From the IMG/VR virus record IMGVR_UViG_3300031998_000055: 20,000 bases of DNA; one strand, 5' to 3'. Position 1 is the stretch's first letter. Each line of letters starts with the position of its first letter. Shown in pieces: positions 16,001 through 20,000 of the stretch. This DNA is from an uncultured virus (IMG/VR IMGVR_UViG_3300031998_000055). Its lineage: Duplodnaviria > Heunggongvirae > Uroviricota > Caudoviricetes. Below the pieces are notes generated by a model that had not been told where the DNA came from, made no database searches, and saw nothing but the letters and a program-made list of their open reading frames with translations. The position numbers were made by a program, and so were the translations under genes.

Positions 16001-19000
16001 ATGAGTCAATCTAATCCGAATCTTAACGACATCTTCCAGGATGTCGCAGACGCGATCCGGTCCAAGACCGGATCGGCGTCCCTCATCTACCCCGTCGACT
16101 TCGCCGACGAGATCGACGCGATACCTACGGGGGGAGAGGACCATTCGACCGAGCTCCTGATGGGCACGGCCACCGAGATCAGCAACAGGAACGTGACCGA
16201 GTTGAGGGGCTATGCCTGCGCGGAGATGAGGAGTTTGCAGACAGTGAGTTTTCCTCGTTGCGAGAAGATAGGTAGCTACGCATTCAATAATTGCGGCTCT
16301 CTTTCCGCTGCCGAGTTCCCGGAATGTACGACCATAGGCAGTTATGCATTTGCTACTTGCCGGTCCTTATCCGTTGCGGATTTCCCCGTCTGTTCGAAAA
16401 TAGGGGTTTCCGCTTTCCATTATTGCGATTCTTTGTCTTCTATCAATTTTCCCAATTGTTCGACTCTAGACCGTTATGCCTTCGATAATTGTTCTGCTTT
16501 GACGTCAGCTAGTTTCCCGGCTTGCGAAATCTTGCCTGATGGTGTGTTTATGAGTTGCTATAAGTTGGCCGTTGCCGATTTCCCTGTTTGCACCTATATA
16601 AGCGACTATGCCTTCAGCGTTTGTCGTTCTTTGTTTTCTATCAATTTCCCTTTGTGTTCATTCATAGGAGGATACGCATTCGCGAATTGCATTTCCCTGT
16701 CTTCCGTGGATTTCCCTTCTTGTCTGGAAATAAGCCATGACGCTTTTTTATATTGCACTTCGTTGGCTTCGATAAGTTTTCCTAATTGTTCGTCTATCGG
16801 CTATAGTGCGTTTAATTCCTGTTCTACTTTGACTTCGGCCATATTCCCCGTATGTGAGCGGATAGGACAGTATGCATTTTATAGCTGCAAATCTTTGGCT
16901 TCCATCAGCTTCCCGATGTGCTCATTCTTAGGCTCATACGCATTTCAATATTGTTCTTCTTTGGCTTCCGCTGTTTTCTCAAAGTGCTCCTATGTAGGCT
17001 ATTATACTTTCTCTTGTTGCTTTGCCTTGTCATATATCAGTTTTCCGAACTGCTCGCAGATTCACCAAGCCGCATTTCAATCTTGCTCTTCTTTGGAATC
17101 TGCCGAATTCCCTGTGTGCAACTCTATAAGCACCAGTGCTTTCCAAGGATGCAGCAAATTAAGTGCTTTCACTTTATTTGCCTGCTCCGTGCCAACATTG
17201 GGGACGAACGTCTTTGCGGGGACCCCGATGTCCAGTTCTTCCTATCTTGGGTATTTCGGTTCCATATATGTCCCGTCCAGGGCCGTTGCCTCCTATAAAA
17301 CAGCGACCAACTGGGTAGCCTATTCCAATAGGATAGCCGCGTTGGATGCTTCGTATGATGCCAGATATGTATTCCCATATGAATTCTATAACGATCAGAC
17401 GATATCAGAGGTTCCTGCGAATAAGGAGAATGCGGAAGCCATCTACTCCTGGGGATTCGCTCGTTGTTACTCTTTGGCCTCCGCCAGTTTTCCGATGTGT
17501 TCATTGATAAGCGATTACGCATTCAGCACCTGCTCGTTGTTGGCTACGATTGATTTCCCAAGCTGTGAGCATATAGGCACTAGCGCATTCCAAAGTTGCT
17601 CTTCTTTGCTTTCCGCTAGCTTCCCGGCATGCTCATACATAGGCAGCTCAGCATTCCGTTTTTGCTATTCTTTAGCTTCCGTCAATTTCCCTGTTTGCCC
17701 CTCTATTAATGAATGGGTTTTTGGCCACTGCTCATCCTTGGCTGTCGTTGACTTCCCAATTTGCGAATACATAGGGGGCAGTGCTTTCTACAATTGCTCG
17801 CGGTTATCCTCTATCAGTTTCCCTAATTGCCTGTCTATAGGTATATCAGCTTTTGGGGAATGTTCGAACTTGCCCTCTGTGGCTTTCCCCCGGTGCTTGA
17901 GCATAGGGAGCTCGGTGTTTAATAATTGTTATTCATTGGCCGAAGCTGATTTTCCCGCTTGCGTGTCTATTGGTGCTGGCGCCTTCAGGCAATGCAATCA
18001 TTTGACTTCGATTAATTTCCCTGCTTGCGAGTTTATTGGTACCAACGCATTTTATGGTTGTGCTTTTTCATCTATTCTTTTCTCCTCGTGCAAAATCATA
18101 GGTTCTTCTGCTTTTTACCAAGCCAATAATTTGGTCAATGCCGATTTCCCGGCCTGTGAAACTATAAGCGCTTATGCGTTTTCAGGATGCAAGAGTTTGA
18201 TTTCTATAAGCTTCCCGATGTGCCAGAGCATCGGAACAGGGGCGTTTGCGAGCTGCTGGAGTCTGGCATCTCTTGATTTTCCCGCTTGTGAAACCATCGG
18301 AGATAATGCATTTGACAATCTTGTCTCTCTCAATTATGTCAGCTTCCCAGTTTGCAAAAGCATGGGAACATATGCGTTCAGATTGGCCGGGGGAAATTTC
18401 GTGTCTGCTGAATTCCCGGCATGCGAAAATATAGGCGTCTATGCTTTTAGCAGTTGCTATAGCTTGGAAACGGTGAATATCCCCGCTTGCAAATCTATAG
18501 GCGGAGGGGCTTTTGCGGGATGTTCAGCCTTATTGTCCGTAAGCTGCTCCCAATGCACGCATATCGGGAATATAGCTTTCAACGGTTGTTTTTCTTTGAC
18601 TGATGTAAGTTTTCCAGCTTGCAAATATATAGGCCAGTCCGCATTCCAGGCATGTACTAAGTTAACGGGTTCGTTTGACTGCCCTGAGTGCTCATATATA
18701 GGTTCTAACGCATTTGCGAATTGCTCTTCTTTGGTTTCTGTCAGTTACCCCGCTTGCAAATCTATTCTTGCCCAGACCTTTTCATCCTGCTCTTCCTTGA
18801 CTTCTATTAATTTCTCTGCTTGCCAATCGATCAATTATGGCGCTTTTTCTGGATGCTCTCGTTTGACTGCCGCTGTATTCCCTTCTTGTTCGTATGTGAG
18901 TAATTACGCTTTCTTCGGCTGTCGGTCTTTGAGCATCGCCGACTTTCCGGTTTGCACGGAAATAGGAGGCTCCAGTGCCTTTACTGGCTGCTCGGCTTTA

Positions 19001-19750
19001 ACCGTCGCCAATTTCCCGGCTTGTTCGAGCTTGCCTTCCTATGCATTTTATACGCTGTCCAACCTGTCTTCCATTGATTTCACCTCTTGCAAATACGTGG
19101 GGCGCGCTGCTTTCTATAATTGTAGCGCCTTGAAGTCCGCGATTTTCCCGGTTTGCTCTTTTGTGAGTGAATATGCATTTAATGGCTGCCTCTCATTGAC
19201 TTCTATAAGCTTCCCGATATGCTCATATTTGGGAGCAAATGCTTTCCAAAACTGCTCTTCTTTGCTGGCCGCGATCTTCCCTTCTTGCAAATCGGTTCCC
19301 TACGGGGCGTTTGCCTATAATTATTCATTGATGGTTGCGGATTTCCCGGCTTGTTCATGGGTAGGCGATTGGGCGTTTGCCTATTGTCCTTTCAGTTCCA
19401 TAAATTTCCCAGTTTGTTCATATTTGAGCGGCAGTGCTTTTGCGTATTGTTCCTCTTTGGCTTCTGCTAGTTTTCCCCTCTGTTCTTATATAGGGAGTTA
19501 TGCTTTTATGTATTGTAGAGGGCTTTCTCAGTTCTATTTGCCTAATAAGAGCATAATTGCGACATTGCAGTCTATCAGCGCTTTCTATGGTACTCCAATG
19601 TCAAACTCCAGTTATCTGGGATACTATGGATCTATTTATGTCCCAGCGTCCTTGCTCAGCGATTATCAGCAAGCAACCAACTGGGCTGCATATTCGGAAA
19701 GACTAGTTGGCCTTACCGATGAACAGATTGCTGCATTGACAAACGAATGA
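16001..19750 (+). CDS. Large BspA-type (LRR_5-like) leucine-rich repeat protein, Cys-rich, probably virion-displayed
   Basis: About 45 repeats of roughly 22 aa, consensus FPxCxxIGxxAFxxCxxLxxxx, in two blocks, each ending in a GTPMS..SYLGY.GSIYVP......Y..ATNW.AYS.R cap. N-terminal DVADAIRSKTG...IYPVDFADEIDAI motif. Confidence 0.88.
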   Translation: MSQSNPNLNDIFQDVADAIRSKTGSASLIYPVDFADEIDAIPTGGEDHSTELLMGTATEISNRNVTELRGYACAEMRSLQTVSFPRCEKIGSYAFNNCGSLSAAEFPECTTIGSYAFATCRSLSVADFPVCSKIGVSAFHYCDSLSSINFPNCSTLDRYAFDNCSALTSASFPACEILPDGVFMSCYKLAVADFPVCTYISDYAFSVCRSLFSINFPLCSFIGGYAFANCISLSSVDFPSCLEISHDAFLYCTSLASISFPNCSSIGYSAFNSCSTLTSAIFPVCERIGQYAFYSCKSLASISFPMCSFLGSYAFQYCSSLASAVFSKCSYVGYYTFSCCFALSYISFPNCSQIHQAAFQSCSSLESAEFPVCNSISTSAFQGCSKLSAFTLFACSVPTLGTNVFAGTPMSSSSYLGYFGSIYVPSRAVASYKTATNWVAYSNRIAALDASYDARYVFPYEFYNDQTISEVPANKENAEAIYSWGFARCYSLASASFPMCSLISDYAFSTCSLLATIDFPSCEHIGTSAFQSCSSLLSASFPACSYIGSSAFRFCYSLASVNFPVCPSINEWVFGHCSSLAVVDFPICEYIGGSAFYNCSRLSSISFPNCLSIGISAFGECSNLPSVAFPRCLSIGSSVFNNCYSLAEADFPACVSIGAGAFRQCNHLTSINFPACEFIGTNAFYGCAFSSILFSSCKIIGSSAFYQANNLVNADFPACETISAYAFSGCKSLISISFPMCQSIGTGAFASCWSLASLDFPACETIGDNAFDNLVSLNYVSFPVCKSMGTYAFRLAGGNFVSAEFPACENIGVYAFSSCYSLETVNIPACKSIGGGAFAGCSALLSVSCSQCTHIGNIAFNGCFSLTDVSFPACKYIGQSAFQACTKLTGSFDCPECSYIGSNAFANCSSLVSVSYPACKSILAQTFSSCSSLTSINFSACQSINYGAFSGCSRLTAAVFPSCSYVSNYAFFGCRSLSIADFPVCTEIGGSSAFTGCSALTVANFPACSSLPSYAFYTLSNLSSIDFTSCKYVGRAAFYNCSALKSAIFPVCSFVSEYAFNGCLSLTSISFPICSYLGANAFQNCSSLLAAIFPSCKSVPYGAFAYNYSLMVADFPACSWVGDWAFAYCPFSSINFPVCSYLSGSAFAYCSSLASASFPLCSYIGSYAFMYCRGLSQFYLPNKSIIATLQSISAFYGTPMSNSSYLGYYGSIYVPASLLSDYQQATNWAAYSERLVGLTDEQIAALTNE

Positions 19751-19766
19751 TAAAGAGTAATATAAT
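19736..19766 (+). promoter_or_regulatory. Possible sigma70/sigmaA promoter with a 19-bp spacer
   Basis: TTGACA (19736-19741) and TATAAT (19761-19766), upstream of an AAGGAG RBS and ATG 19790. Confidence 0.5.
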
Positions 19767-19789
19767 ATTCGAAAAGGAGAAGACTCATT

Positions 19790-20000
<211 letters not shown>

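Noticed and set aside
16230..19750. 66-bp periodic repeats as a CRISPR array or DGR product
   Set aside because: The repeats are degenerate at DNA level and conserved at protein level in one open frame. The T-richness is explained by Phe/Ser/Cys/Tyr content, and no template repeat was seen.
13556..19750. Shufflon/invertible tail-fibre system driven by the tyrosine recombinase
   Set aside because: No inverted silent cassettes or repeated inverted crossover sites were found; all modules are co-oriented.

Overview
A 20-kb segment of a large tailed bacteriophage or prophage. All credible genes are on the + strand, tightly packed, with Bacillota-type AGGAGG ribosome-binding sites and the standard genetic code. 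From left to right it contains: (1) a sugar-handling pair, a 5'-truncated Stealth-like/GT-A protein and a short UDP-glucose/GDP-mannose dehydrogenase; (2) virion-type proteins and a holin-like protein; (3) a 40-bp imperfect palindrome followed by a coupled RuvC-like resolvase and tyrosine recombinase; (4) a metallophosphoesterase; (5) an anaerobic ribonucleotide reductase operon, nrdH-nrdD-nrdG; (6) two small hypothetical genes; (7) mosaic tail/adhesin-like genes, one ending in a possible DGR-type variable region; (8) a 1249-aa Cys-rich BspA-like LRR protein; (9) a partial gene with a (GAGCCA)n repeat. nrdD is interrupted at two active-site motifs: by a LAGLIDADG intein (8939-10012) and by a group I intron (10517-11763) whose ORF encodes an unusual TnsA-like PD-(D/E)XK nuclease. 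Family calls come from motifs read by eye; no database searches were run.
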